A stretch of 63,269 bases of DNA, counting the filler, from Reticulomyxa filosa (Eukaryota; Protista; Foraminifera): NCBI GenBank assembly GCA_000512085.1. It is 13 parts of 13 records of this genome, joined end to end, with 100 filler letters (N's around TTAATTAATTAA, not from the genome) between each part and the next. Parts side by side here need not be neighbours in the genome. Positions count along the whole stretch, not along the records: positions 15,271 to 37,905 come from ASPP01025328.1; 12 more parts are not named here. One strand, written 5' to 3'. The notes beneath the pieces were generated by a model, which was not told the DNA's origin, searched no databases, and worked only from the letters and a program-made list of their open reading frames with translations. Of this stretch, positions 26,427 through 38,005 are shown piece by piece (the stretch's first letter is position 1; every line of letters begins with the position of its first letter). Made by a program: the position numbers and the translations under genes.

Positions 26427-27655
26427 TTGATGCAAAAATTGAAGCGTATTTTCACTGTTTCCTGGAAGCATGCTATACAACCGAAAGAAGGAGCTTCAAC
26501 AGTACATACAACAGTGATAGTGAATGAATGCACTAGTTTGGGCTTTCTATATACCTTTCTTGCTTTTATTGCGACGATGATTGGATACAATGTATATCGA
26601 CAATCCTACTTATACGATTTGCAAGACAAACAAGCAGTGGATATGCTGAGTCTGCGAAAAATGGCGTCGATAGTGAATTATGCCAACACGTGTCGTGACC
26701 AAACAAATAAGCATTTTGAGACACAAAATTTGGAAGAACTGAAAGCAATCATACAATACTGTCACGACAACAAATTGAAATAAGGCATGTCTGAAGTATG
26801 TTGTCTCCAAACGGGATCAGTTTGTCTACCGAAGATATCTATTTTTACAAAAAAAAGGTATAGAAAAAGGATAAATGAAAGATATTTTTGGAAAACAAAA
26901 GAATATTCAAATTTTTGAACCTTTGGAAAAAAAAATTTCAAAATGACGTATACTTTTTTTATTTTTTTATTTTTGTTGTTGTCTCTTTTACAACAACAAA
27001 AAAAAAAAAAAACAAAAAAAAGGATGATAAATTCACGTAAAATGAACAGTGTGTTATGCATCGATGCGAAGAATATGAAAGTGACAGCGCAAAGTGGTTG
27101 TACGGTGCAGCAGGCGCTGAAGGCGATACGGCCGTACGGAATGACGTTGGAGAGCATTCCATCGATAATGACGCAACAAATGGGCGGTTTGACGCAAGTG
27201 AGTGCACAAGGAACGGGACTGGACATATGCTCTTGCGACACTCAAGTGGCACCATTGATTGCAAATGATCTATCTTTGCAATGTGCAACAGATAGCGTCA
27301 TACGAACAAGACAACGACAGCTCGAACTTATTCCGTTTGTTCGCGTGGGCTTGGGTAGATTGGGAGTGGTGATGCAAATGACCTTGCAATGCGTAAAGAG
27401 TCACAAGCTGAATGAAGAAGTGCAAGTCTATTCGCACAAAGAGTTGGCGAAAAAGATGGCCGATGACTCGTGGCTGCAAGCTCACCAGCAAACAACAGCT
27501 GGACAACCGCAAGGCTTCCATGGACTTGTCAGCTCGTTCATTCGCGACTTGGACCAATGCAAACTGTTCTATTGGAAGAGAAAAGAACATGCCTATTTGA
27601 CAGGGGCGATCGTGTCGAGTTGAACGATGATATCCTTGGCTTTGATGGAAAAAAG
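26427..27655 (+). pseudogene. GLDH: L-galactono-1,4-lactone dehydrogenase-like FAD oxidase, disabled and internally deleted
   Basis: N-terminal TM helix; VNYANT...QNLEELKAII; HV*SMLSPNGI; VTAQSG.TVQQ...YGMTLE...QQMGGLTQV.A.GTG; RVGLGRLGVVMQMTLQCV; RVELNDDILGFD. These are collinear with plant-type GLDH. Confidence 0.8.
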
Positions 27656-27829
27656 TTTGCGCACAGAATTTCCTAGAAAAATCGGACCCATTTTTGGAAA
27701 TTTACCTTGTGGACAGCAAATATATTTACAAATATTTTTTAATAAAATGTATACGCATATATATGTACCAAGAATAAATTCAAACTTTCTTTTTAATGAT
27801 CTCTGTAACAGCTTATTCGTTTTTGATCT

Positions 27830-28770
27830 TTTTGGCATGTGGGATGGACATGTCGTTGATGATCGTTATTGACTTCACGGGATCCAATGGCCACCCTTTG
27901 CACCCTCAAAGTTTGCAATATCTGTCTACTCAGTGTCCGCAATACCAACAAGTCATTCGCACCATTGACAATATTGTGCCTTGCTATGATTCCGATAAAA
28001 ACTTTCCTGTGTGGATTTGTTAAGCTGAAGAAAAAAAAAATCCTGCTTGACGTCTCCTTAACATCTCCTTTTTTTTTTTGTTTTTTTTTAAAATTATAGA
28101 GCAAAAGATACCAGATGGAAAAGTATCACATGACTTTGCATTGAACGGTAACGAATTGAACTCGGAAGTTCATGGCATTTATTGAATTGAACAAATGTAC
28201 ACTTTGGCGACAAACAAGTGGAGTTGTATGGGTCGACCCTTTTCCAACCGATTTTGTCCAAGGCTATCGCCTCTGCTGCTCATTCCAACGTCAAAAACAA
28301 AATTCAATATTTCACCTTGCTAGTTTTGACTGATGATGTTATCAATAATTTCAAAGAAATCAAGGATTTGTTTAGTTATATTTGTTTAAAAAAAAGTGGT
28401 TAGAAATATCATATGTAAATTTATTTTTTTTTAACTTGAAAGATTGTATTGGGCAAATAAGTACTTGTCATTGTCGATCATTATCGTTGGCATTGGACTG
28501 GCCGATTTTACTCAAATAGAAGCATTAGATGCTGACAGTGGAGCATTGAAGAATTCGCAAGGCGAAGCTGCCAAACGTGGCATTGTCCGATTTGTATCGT
28601 TACGCGATTACTCGAAGCCTCTTAGGGACGCCAATGGCCATGTCATTGGATTCACATACACACGTTCCGCGGAACTTTCCAAAGAAAATTTGAAGGACAT
28701 TCCACAACAATTTATGAGCTATATCAAAGCTTATAACTTATCGCTACTCAAGCTGACTACTGCTGTTAAC
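27830..28770 (+). pseudogene. Copine vWA domain fragment, disabled, introns retained
   Basis: MSLMIVIDFTGSNG.P..PQSL; YDSDKNFP; VSHDFALNG; LYGSTLFQP; YFTLLVLTDDVI; LSIIIVGIG.ADF...LDAD; RGIVRFV; IPQQFMSY. Confidence 0.88.
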
Positions 28771-28951
28771 ATATTACCCACTATATATATTTATATATTT
28801 GTGTAATCAAGCAAAAATATTACAGTACAAATATCAGTCTTGTTTGACTTGGTTTGGGGGTTTAGAAAAATGTAAATTCGCAGTTTGCTGTTAGTGCTCG
28901 GACAAAACAAATTCATTAGAAGTCACCTAGTTTTATCTTGGTGCCGATCTT

Positions 28952-29038
28952 CCACTCCCTCTAGGCTGGCACAAAGCCTATGACACAGATGGCACTCCTT
29001 ACTACATCGACTACAACAGCAAAATCACTCAATGTGAG
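28952..29038 (+). pseudogene. WW domain exon downstream of the copine fragment
   Basis: PLPLGWHKAYDTDGTPYYIDYNSKITQCE fits the WW consensus (second W read as C, TGT), followed by a GT donor. Absent from the ORF track. Confidence 0.8.
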
Positions 29039-31779
29039 GTTTGTTATCTTCGCGTATTCTTTATTTATTGTAATAAACCGTTGTGTCACTTTGCTAATGT
29101 TTTTTTTGTAACTGTTCTTTGATTGTAATAGCATCACTCTTTCCAAAAGCTTAACACAACAACAATGACAACCATATAAAACACTAAATGGACAATTTTT
29201 TAATTGACAAAGAAAAATAAATACCATTTTGTGCGATAGAATTGCGAGCATAACAAATTTGAAAATATAATCTATTATTTGATCAAAATATTAAATTGTT
29301 TGTTTAGTTGCTTTGTTTTTTTTTTGCCAACAAACTTGTAGTCTTTGGTTGTTTTGCCAAATAATAAAAGTTTAATTACAGCATCTAATAAACATAATAT
29401 ACAATATACTCTAATTAGACTGATACAACAATTTGTATATTTTTTTATTATCATTTAATGATTGTATACAATGATTAGTATCACATTTTAGTTTACAATA
29501 ATTTCCAAAATAAGTAGTTCACTTTCTAAATGTTCTAAGGTGTATTTAATCTTTTTATTTCTGTATTTTTGTTATTGATTTCATTATTAATTGATTTATA
29601 ATATGCATAGTATGTTTTATCTTTTAATAACCTATTTTATAATTATATCCTTGAATTGACTTTTCTTTATTTTGTTTTTCTTTAAGTATTCGTCGCTGTC
29701 ATTTTCGTATCTTTCTTGTTTCTGTGTATGTTCATGCTAGTGTCAATGTGAGTATTTGCGTTCTTGTATGTTTGCATTGTGTTCATTGTGTTCGTCGTGT
29801 TTATATTCATTGTATTTGTTGCTCTGTCTTTGCTTGGGGGACTGTATATACCTGTCTGTCGTATATTGTCGTCAATCAACCACAAATGCGAATACGCTTC
29901 CCAAATATCTTCGCAATCAAGCAAGTGCTTGAAAATTTTCGGTAACAAGAACGATTCGGTTTATTTTTTTGTCATTCTGCCAAAGTTTCTCATCAACACA
30001 TCTTTGGATAAATCCTTTCGGATTTCTGCTCAATACTTCAAGTAGCTGCACAGTGAATAAAAGTCTCGATATCCGAAAAAGTCAAATTTGAATGGAGAGC
30101 TGTCGTGATCTTTCATTATCGAATCGTATAAAGACGCACCACTCGATATTATTTTTTGTGATGTTTGCTCAAATTGCTAATGTCTTGAATGATCCTTTTT
30201 TTAAAACAAAAAAAAATATGTACGCTCAATATGTACATAAGTATTACGTATATGTTGCAAGTGAACAATAGTAGGAGTCTTGGTGACCAAAGCAACCAAA
30301 ATGACAAAAAAATTTTCTCGAAAAGCGAGATTGAGCGCAATTCCAGGCGAGACTTCCAGTTTTCGAACATAACACAACTGCTCTGTTCCATGTTTGCTTG
30401 AATTTGATATATTGATGTGATTTTTCGACGACCCTTTGCTCGATATTTAACTGATAGTAGCATTGTGTCAATGCTAACGTGATGGACTCGACCACACTTT
30501 GATACGTGCCGACGGTTTCACGATTATTGAAAAAACCACCAACTCACTTGTCAGATATCACGCAACGAGCACACATCGCGGTTTCGCAACTTTCCCTTTT
30601 TTTTTTTTCAAAGCAGATTTAAAAACACACATATAAACTTTTTTTTAGACAAAATTACATTAAGAATTTTTGAGACACAAAAGTGCAACCAATGAAGGCA
30701 AATTTGAGTGTTTCCAAAGTTTTCAATGCGTTTTCTCTTTCTTTGACGTTATCTTCAGTTCCTTTAAACTATTGCAGTTTGTCCAAAAAGTCGGATTTGT
30801 TCGACCATGAATTGGTGGTAATGAGTGCAATATATTGTTGCTAGTCGAACTCGGGCAACGAGCCAAATATCTCCCATTTCTTTATCCAAGTCGTCAATGT
30901 AATATTTGTTAACATTGATACTCTTTTCATTGTTGGTTCAATGCACATATGACCACAACGTTTGCCGGAAATTCTCTTCCCTTCAAACTATGATCACAAA
31001 ATACTTCTTTGAGCACACTTGTATTGATTTCGTTCAAAAATATCAAGTGAATCCTTCCTGACCATTCTTCTGCACTTTTCAGATGTTGTGTTCCACTCGG
31101 TACCCGCCGTGTACATCAATTGATGTGGTTTTACCAAATCACTATATTTTAGTGCATTGTTTTATTCATTTTTGTTATTGTTGTTATTTGTTTTTGATTT
31201 TGCTTTATCAGCATTTTTTTAAAAAAAAAGATTAATTATTTCTACTATAATCAAAACATGAATTCCTGCTTTAATTCTGAAAAATATGGTCACAATCTTC
31301 AAAATATTGTCGAATGTCAACTATGTCCACTTGTCTCCATTTTTCTGTTTCATCGTCGCGTCTTCGCAAAAAAAAAAAACACTTAAAAGAAAATATGTAA
31401 GTATGCATTCGTTTTTACGTATTTATTTAGTGTAATTAGGAAGTTCTTTTCTTCTTTTTCGTACCTCAAATCTTCCACAAATTTAAAGTAGTAAAAACAA
31501 TTTTTCTTTTTGTGTATCTCGATCTTCCGAGTAAATGCCTTGATACTGCAATACAATTCTTTTCGTTCCAGATCATCTTCAGAATTGTATAATTTCCATG
31601 AACCAAAATATTGCATCTTCATGATTGTTGTTGTTGTTTAAATTCATCGACAGCAACGACAATGAGTGATCCATTTCCGTTTTTGCTTGATTCAGATCAT
31701 TTTCTAATGTTGTCAATTCCATATGCAGCATGGTCTGATAAAAAAAAAATGCATACATAATGTATATGTGTACGAGTTA

Positions 31780-32560
31780 TTATCATTGTTGTGCCAATAA
31801 TAAAATGTATTCACTCACCGAATCTGCAATTCGAATTTGATTTAATAACACAATGCGTTGATCAGTGGACTTCCATTCTCGGATTAAAAAAAATTCCTAT
31901 GTGCCTTTTGCCTCTTGCAAACTGTCTTCGGGATCTTGGACTTTGCGTTCGCTATACATATTGCATGCGATTGATTGCAAGGACTTTGCAAGTGAAAACA
32001 CTATCATTTGATGCAATGGAATAACTTGCTGCTGCATAATGGGCACGTTGGTATTTCGAGTGTATATAAAGTTTTACACTTGCACCAACTGGAGATACAT
32101 AAATTGCAAAAAGGACTTTGATTGATTGCTATTTTGTTGTTGTGAAAATACGTAAAGACAAGAGTATGTACAAATCAAGAAACAAAGTAAAAAAAACAAA
32201 AACACATCTTTGACATTATTGCCTTATCAATTCTTCCATTCTGATGCGATCGATGTCTTCATTATCTTGATAGTTCCAATCTGGACTGTAATCATCTCTG
32301 TCCCTCAATTCTCCTCTTTGCAAAGCGTACAAATATTTTAGCACAAATTGCTCTTTTCCATTTAAATTGAGTGTGTTCTTACGCACTCGATTTGGATACA
32401 ATGGCTTGGCCTTGCGAAGTTTGTCCAGCACTTCAAAACATGAAATTGGCAATTCATTGATGTGATCTCCGAAAAAGTGAAACTATTTCAACACACCCAA
32501 CAACATCGTTGGCTTGTGGGTCTTGCATAGCAACAGCGACTCGATATACCCATCCTCCCG
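31780..32560 (-). pseudogene. RNF213/mysterin-like large AAA protein fragment, disabled
   Basis: SFLQFMYLQL ... FLIREWKSTDQRIVLLNQ resembles RNF213 NFARFLNYQL ... FSLRKRWESEPHPYVFFN; stops present; no Walker A seen. Confidence 0.4.
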
Positions 32561-32962
32561 ATCACGACCTTAATATTACTTTCGGTTATATTAGTCAACA
32601 CAAGTCATAACCAAAATACCACTGTATATTTCATTGTACCAGCAGGCATATACACCGTCACATATGCTTGATTTGCAAAAGAACTATCACAAAAAAAAAG
32701 GTGAAATCATATAAACTTTTTTGTGGTGATTATATTAAAGTTTATTTTTAAAAAAATTTTGATAAAATTAGCCCATTTCACTGCTTCAACTTCACAGGCA
32801 ACATCGGCTACTCGCAGACTTACACTGTTGCGCCGATTCTATTTCTTATTTAATGCACCTTTTTTTATTGTACGTGCAAAAAAAAACAAAGCAATACATT
32901 ATATATACATATGATTGTTTTGAGTCTGTAAATGTCACAAATCCATACTAATCTCGACTGTA

Positions 32963-33364
32963 GAGTTCAAAACAGTACAACTTCAAGTCTGTTTGAAATG
33001 ACATGATTTGAGCACATACCAACATTATCATTCTAAATGATGAAAAGTTTTTTTTTTCAAATTAAAAAAAAAGGCCAACAACAAAAGATACTTATAATAA
33101 TAAAGATACTTTTCATTTTTCAAAGAAAAAGAAAAAAATAATCTTTACTAAAAAACAAATGGAAAAATTTATTTAATGCATTAAAATAAAGCATTCTATG
33201 TAAATTGCTGATTTTTGTTATAAAGTTTTAATCTTTATCTATTTAATGTAAAAGTGTTTTTGAAACTCTTTTATATTTCTGACTAAAATAGAATATATAA
33301 CAATTTTGAAAAAGAAATTCAAATATCATTTATTTTGTAATTGCATTATAAATTTTAATTCTAA
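32963..33364 (+). repeat. ~400-bp dispersed direct repeat, copy 2
   Basis: Aligns with 25280-25653. Confidence 0.9.
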
Positions 33365-36310
33365 ACTCTTTATACAATCCAATCATTTAATTTAGAAAAA
33401 ATAAACTTGTCAAAGTGAACATTTTTTTTCCATTCATGGGAGTCCCAATATCATTATCAACAAGTATATAGGATTTTTGTGTTGAAGTTCTTAAATCTAC
33501 AACTATTGTTATATCATATAGCTTAATATTTGTTGATGGATCTACGGCAAAAGGTATTTTTTATTTGGAACATATCATTCTTAAATATGCTTTTTCATTT
33601 TTTTTACTTTGTGGTTGGCTAGTCCAAGAATAGGACGCATAAGGTAAGTTTGAGATAAATGAATACGTTGATGTAAAAAAAAGTAGTTGACATATTGCTG
33701 CAAATTCTATTTTGTCCATCATTAAGGTTTAGAAAGTATCGATTCAAACTGCAAACACGAACAGTAGTCAATAAATATTCACAACTATATGACACAACGC
33801 GGGTCAATTCTCATTGATGGAAATGGGAGCGATCTACGTTGGACATGACTATGGCACCAGTGTCGATGATAATAATTCGCAAAATGTTCGAACATGCGAT
33901 CAAGTGCATTTACATGCACGTACACATTGCACACGACGTCATCGAGAACAGTCTGTCGATAATCGTGTGGATCATCATCTTGCAAAATGCATGTGCCAAT
34001 ATCACGAAAGGTAGAAGCATTGTGTGCAGTTACTAATATTATCGTCTTCTGCACACAACGACGAAAAAGATTGCAAAATTATACCCACATTTGATCAGTT
34101 GGAGTCGTTGGAATCTAGCGGAAACTCAATAGTAGTTCTGTCATGTATCAAACAACAATTAGTATCTTTAAATCTTTTTTTAGCACAAAAGGATTAGTCG
34201 ACGAAAGGAATAACAAAAACAAAGGCGCCAAAAAAAAAGCAAGTGCAAGTACCAATATAAATGTCAATGCTAATGCATGGAGAGGAAACAGTGACAAGAA
34301 TAAAGATGAATTTTTCAATTCAATTCTTTGATTTCTACAATTCCGTGATTGTACAATCTTCGTTTTCTTATTTGTCAATATTTTCCTGCCCCTTTTGCAA
34401 AAAATAATAAACCACTACTCGCCATATTTCTTTCTACTTGATACATCTAGTGGATCTCCACAAACACCAAGATATTCTAATAAACGACTGTGTGGAGCGA
34501 CTGCTGCATATCGAGCCAGTTGATCACAAAGCGATGATGCAGAAATTAAGTTAGCTATATAATTTTTGGAATAAATTTTAGATACTGATCAAGTTTTTGC
34601 ACGCATTACTATTAGTGGCTATATTGTTATTGCGATTACTGTTGTTGGTACGCGAATTGGAACACGATGCGCTAACATTTCGATCACTATTGCTTTCCTT
34701 GCATTTGTTGTTGTCGCTTGTCTGTATCAAAGTAAAAAGCACAAGGCAGTGCCCGTTCACTTGAGCGCTTGATCCCAATTTCATTACCTGGCTGCTGGTC
34801 AATCTTACAATCACAAAGACTTCATTAACATATAAATCAAAGAAGACCTCATATTGAAGGAAACTTATAAAATAGCTTCGCTCGGTCTCCTCAATCTTTT
34901 TTTTGATATCATTGACTACGGCCAGTACCTTGTCAGGAATAAGCAATCGTTTCGACATTAAAGCCTTCTGCAATCCGGTTAACAATTGGATTGTGCTCTG
35001 TTCCGACGCATTTGACTCATTCCCCAATCCCAATGTATTGATCTGCATTTTTTATTATTTGCAAGGTGTATGTTATTTAATATTATATATTCATATATGT
35101 AAATAGCGTAACGTATTGATTGACACAAAATTCGATCAATTCTGCAAAACATTGACATAATGATGTTCAGATGTACTTTGTGCAAGTGATATTGGATTTT
35201 TCATATCCGGAGATGTTTCATTTGTTTTTGACTCTTTTTCTTATTTTCGAGTCAGAGAAATAGCTTTGTATGGTGGTGACCAGAGCATCATCTGCGCATT
35301 TGAGCATCGACTCTCGTGTCAACAGCATATCTGCCAAATCGTCTTTGATGGAAAAGCAATCAAACAATCGCAATAGCACTTGTTCATGTACTTCTTTTTG
35401 GGAATACCCTTTTGTCAATTTGTATATAGCAGCTCCATATTTCTTGGTTTTCTTCTTTCGACATTGTTTTCTTTTTCATGATGCTCTTTCGTTGCTTTTA
35501 CATCCTTTCAGCACTTATCTCTTGTGACTACAATCTGCGAATTTCCAATACTTGTTTTTACAGCGGCGATTATATCAAACAAAAATTTCAATTTACTTTT
35601 GAGCAATTGATACACAATATCAAATGCACGGAGTAATGTTTCAATGATATGTTCATTCCATCTGTTTTTTTATTTTCCCATCACAAAAATCAATGGCTCC
35701 AAATATGTCTTCCCATTTCACACGTGCGCCCACTGCTTCTTGTTTTGTTAATGCTTCCACTTGTGCGTCTGTCTTCTCCTCCTTCACTTCATTCTTTTTA
35801 ATTGCTTGTACTTCTGCTTTAACATCGCTTGCTACATTTTTGTCTTCTTGGAGTTGCTCCAATTTCGTCAATTCGAGTAATGACACTTTATCTTTATCAT
35901 TTTCTTTCTCCAGACGCTCTTCATTCTCCGTTTCGGCTGCGAAGATATCTTCGGATGAGCTGTGTCGATTTGTTATTTTTAGATACTGGATTTGCAGCCT
36001 TTGTCGGTGACAACAATTTGTTATTATAGTGGAACTCACAATCCGACAAAACAAAAACTTGTCTTGTTCTTGAGTGTCTGTCGGGTACTTAATCAATTTG
36101 GGTTATTTCATTCTCCAGCCCCGTCCATTTCCCAAAGTGTGTTTCATCTTCTTCTCACCTACAAGGAGCAGCATTTACTCTCGCTATTGTGCTCTTCAGT
36201 ACTCGCAGCTGTGGAAGTAGTGTTCATATGCACTTGCTTCACATGTTTATATACATATATGTATATACATACATAAATATAAAACGTACAATTTTTTTTT
36301 TTGTCCACAC

Positions 36311-36529
36311 TTAATAACATCCAAACAAGCTTGTATTGTCTGTGCAAGTGAACAGATCCGAATATATATCATTCATAAAAAAATGATAGCTTAACTTGTC
36401 GTCTGAACCTTCTAAGATCCGCAAATCGTACTTTCGTTTCAAAAAGCCATTTATCAACGACGACAATTTGTCTATCGGCATCTCTGTCTCAAAAGTCCAA
36501 CTCCTCTCTTTATTCATCGCTATTTTCAT
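36311..36529 (-). pseudogene. Possible NLE (Notchless/Ytm1 N-terminal) domain fragment
   Basis: KLSSLINGFL...LSYHFFMND resembles the NLE pattern L..L+N.LL...PYSFF+ND; short match. Confidence 0.25.
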
Positions 36530-37824
36530 CTAGTTTTTCCTTGTTTTTTAAAAGTAATTTATTAAACTTTTTTAAAATAATTTTGTCCTCTTTTTATATA
36601 ATATATATATGTATATATAAACTTTATTTGCATGATCGATGCTAAAGTCATCTTCAGAATCACGTGAAAACTGAAGTCTAGTCTTGGGTATGGACCCAGA
36701 ACTGCCATTGTCTTTGTCACTTTCAAAATAGACTTTGCCATCCATGGAAAAGTGGATTTTCGAGATTCGTGATTAATGTAAGTTGTAAAAAGCCTTTGGA
36801 TCGACGCCCCTTTCGTGACCGACGATATCATATGGAATTGGCTGCGTTCAATTCTCAGCACGTTCAGTCCTTGCGCATTCACCACGTTACCAATCATATT
36901 GGTCCAATATTCACTTCATATGTCGACTCGACCAGAATGAGAAATTTGACAGCCCATTGAACAGCATTGTCAACATTATCAGACGTCGTCGTTATTGCCG
37001 TTGTCATACTAATGTTAGCGTTTTGAAGGATGGCATTGATCAAAGGTGTGTCTTTGTCTTCTAACTCGTCTGCAAGTAGCAGGATCAAATCATCCGTTGA
37101 GTTGTCTAGAAAGAAGCAATTGCTTGCAAGCATTACACTCACAGAGCGCTTAATGCCTTGCGGCACGATCTTCATCAATCTTCTGAAAGTACTAGTCAAT
37201 ACCATTGAACCGCACCAATGTGGTACCCGTGTGGAATGAGTGTCCTTATTCCAAGGGGTTCTGTATGCACACATTGCTGTTGTCAGTATCATTACTCACT
37301 GTGCTACTATCACCTCATCATACCTTCTTTCTTTAAAAAAACTGAAGTAATAGGATCCAAACAAGTTTGTACATTCTGTGCATTGAACATTCTCGAACAC
37401 GTATTATTCACGAAAACAAACAATTGAACTTGGTCAACGACACATCGGATTGAACCGATAAAAATAGTTGTCCAACAAATGCGTGAACATTCCCTCGATC
37501 ATAGAGGAGATGTATCCGGACATAAACATGATGATGGCTGAGTACATACTTTGCTTAGTGTCCACATCTGGCGAGTTTCAAATCAGGTGGCAACAGGTTG
37601 CTATTGTGATTTGCATCGGACGATGTTTGCAAGTGTAGACATCGACCACGCAGGCTTCACAAATGTGGAATAGCAAAAACTTGACAAACGACTTAGCGTA
37701 CACTTGCAACCACTTGTCTTTGTTGTGTTCGAAGACAGCACTGAATTAAGCTACGTCGACAGCCTTTTTTTTCATTTAATTTATAACGTGCAAACATATA
37801 CTTTTATTTTTTTTGTCTTTTGAC

Positions 37825-37905
37825 ATGTACAAATGTGTAATTTAACACTTTTCAATGAACTTAAAAAATTGTTCAGAACTTTATCAAATATATTATTTTG
37901 TATTT
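37825..37905 (+). repeat. ~80-bp dispersed direct repeat, copy 2 (at contig end)
   Basis: Matches 17893-17974. Confidence 0.85.
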
Positions 37906-38005
37906 NNNNNNNNNNNNNNNNNNNNNNNNNNNNNNNNNNNNNNNNNNNNTTAATTAATTAANNNNNNNNNNNNNNNNNNNNNNNNNNNNNNNNNNNNNNN
38001 NNNNN
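37906..38005. other. Artificial contig linker
   Basis: Same 100-bp spacer. Confidence 0.99.

Noticed and set aside
15450-28400. Stop-codon reassignment explaining in-frame stops
   Set aside because: Stops fall at positions expected to be different residues (Glu, Leu, Gly, Arg/Trp) and co-occur with frameshifts; intact genes use the standard code.
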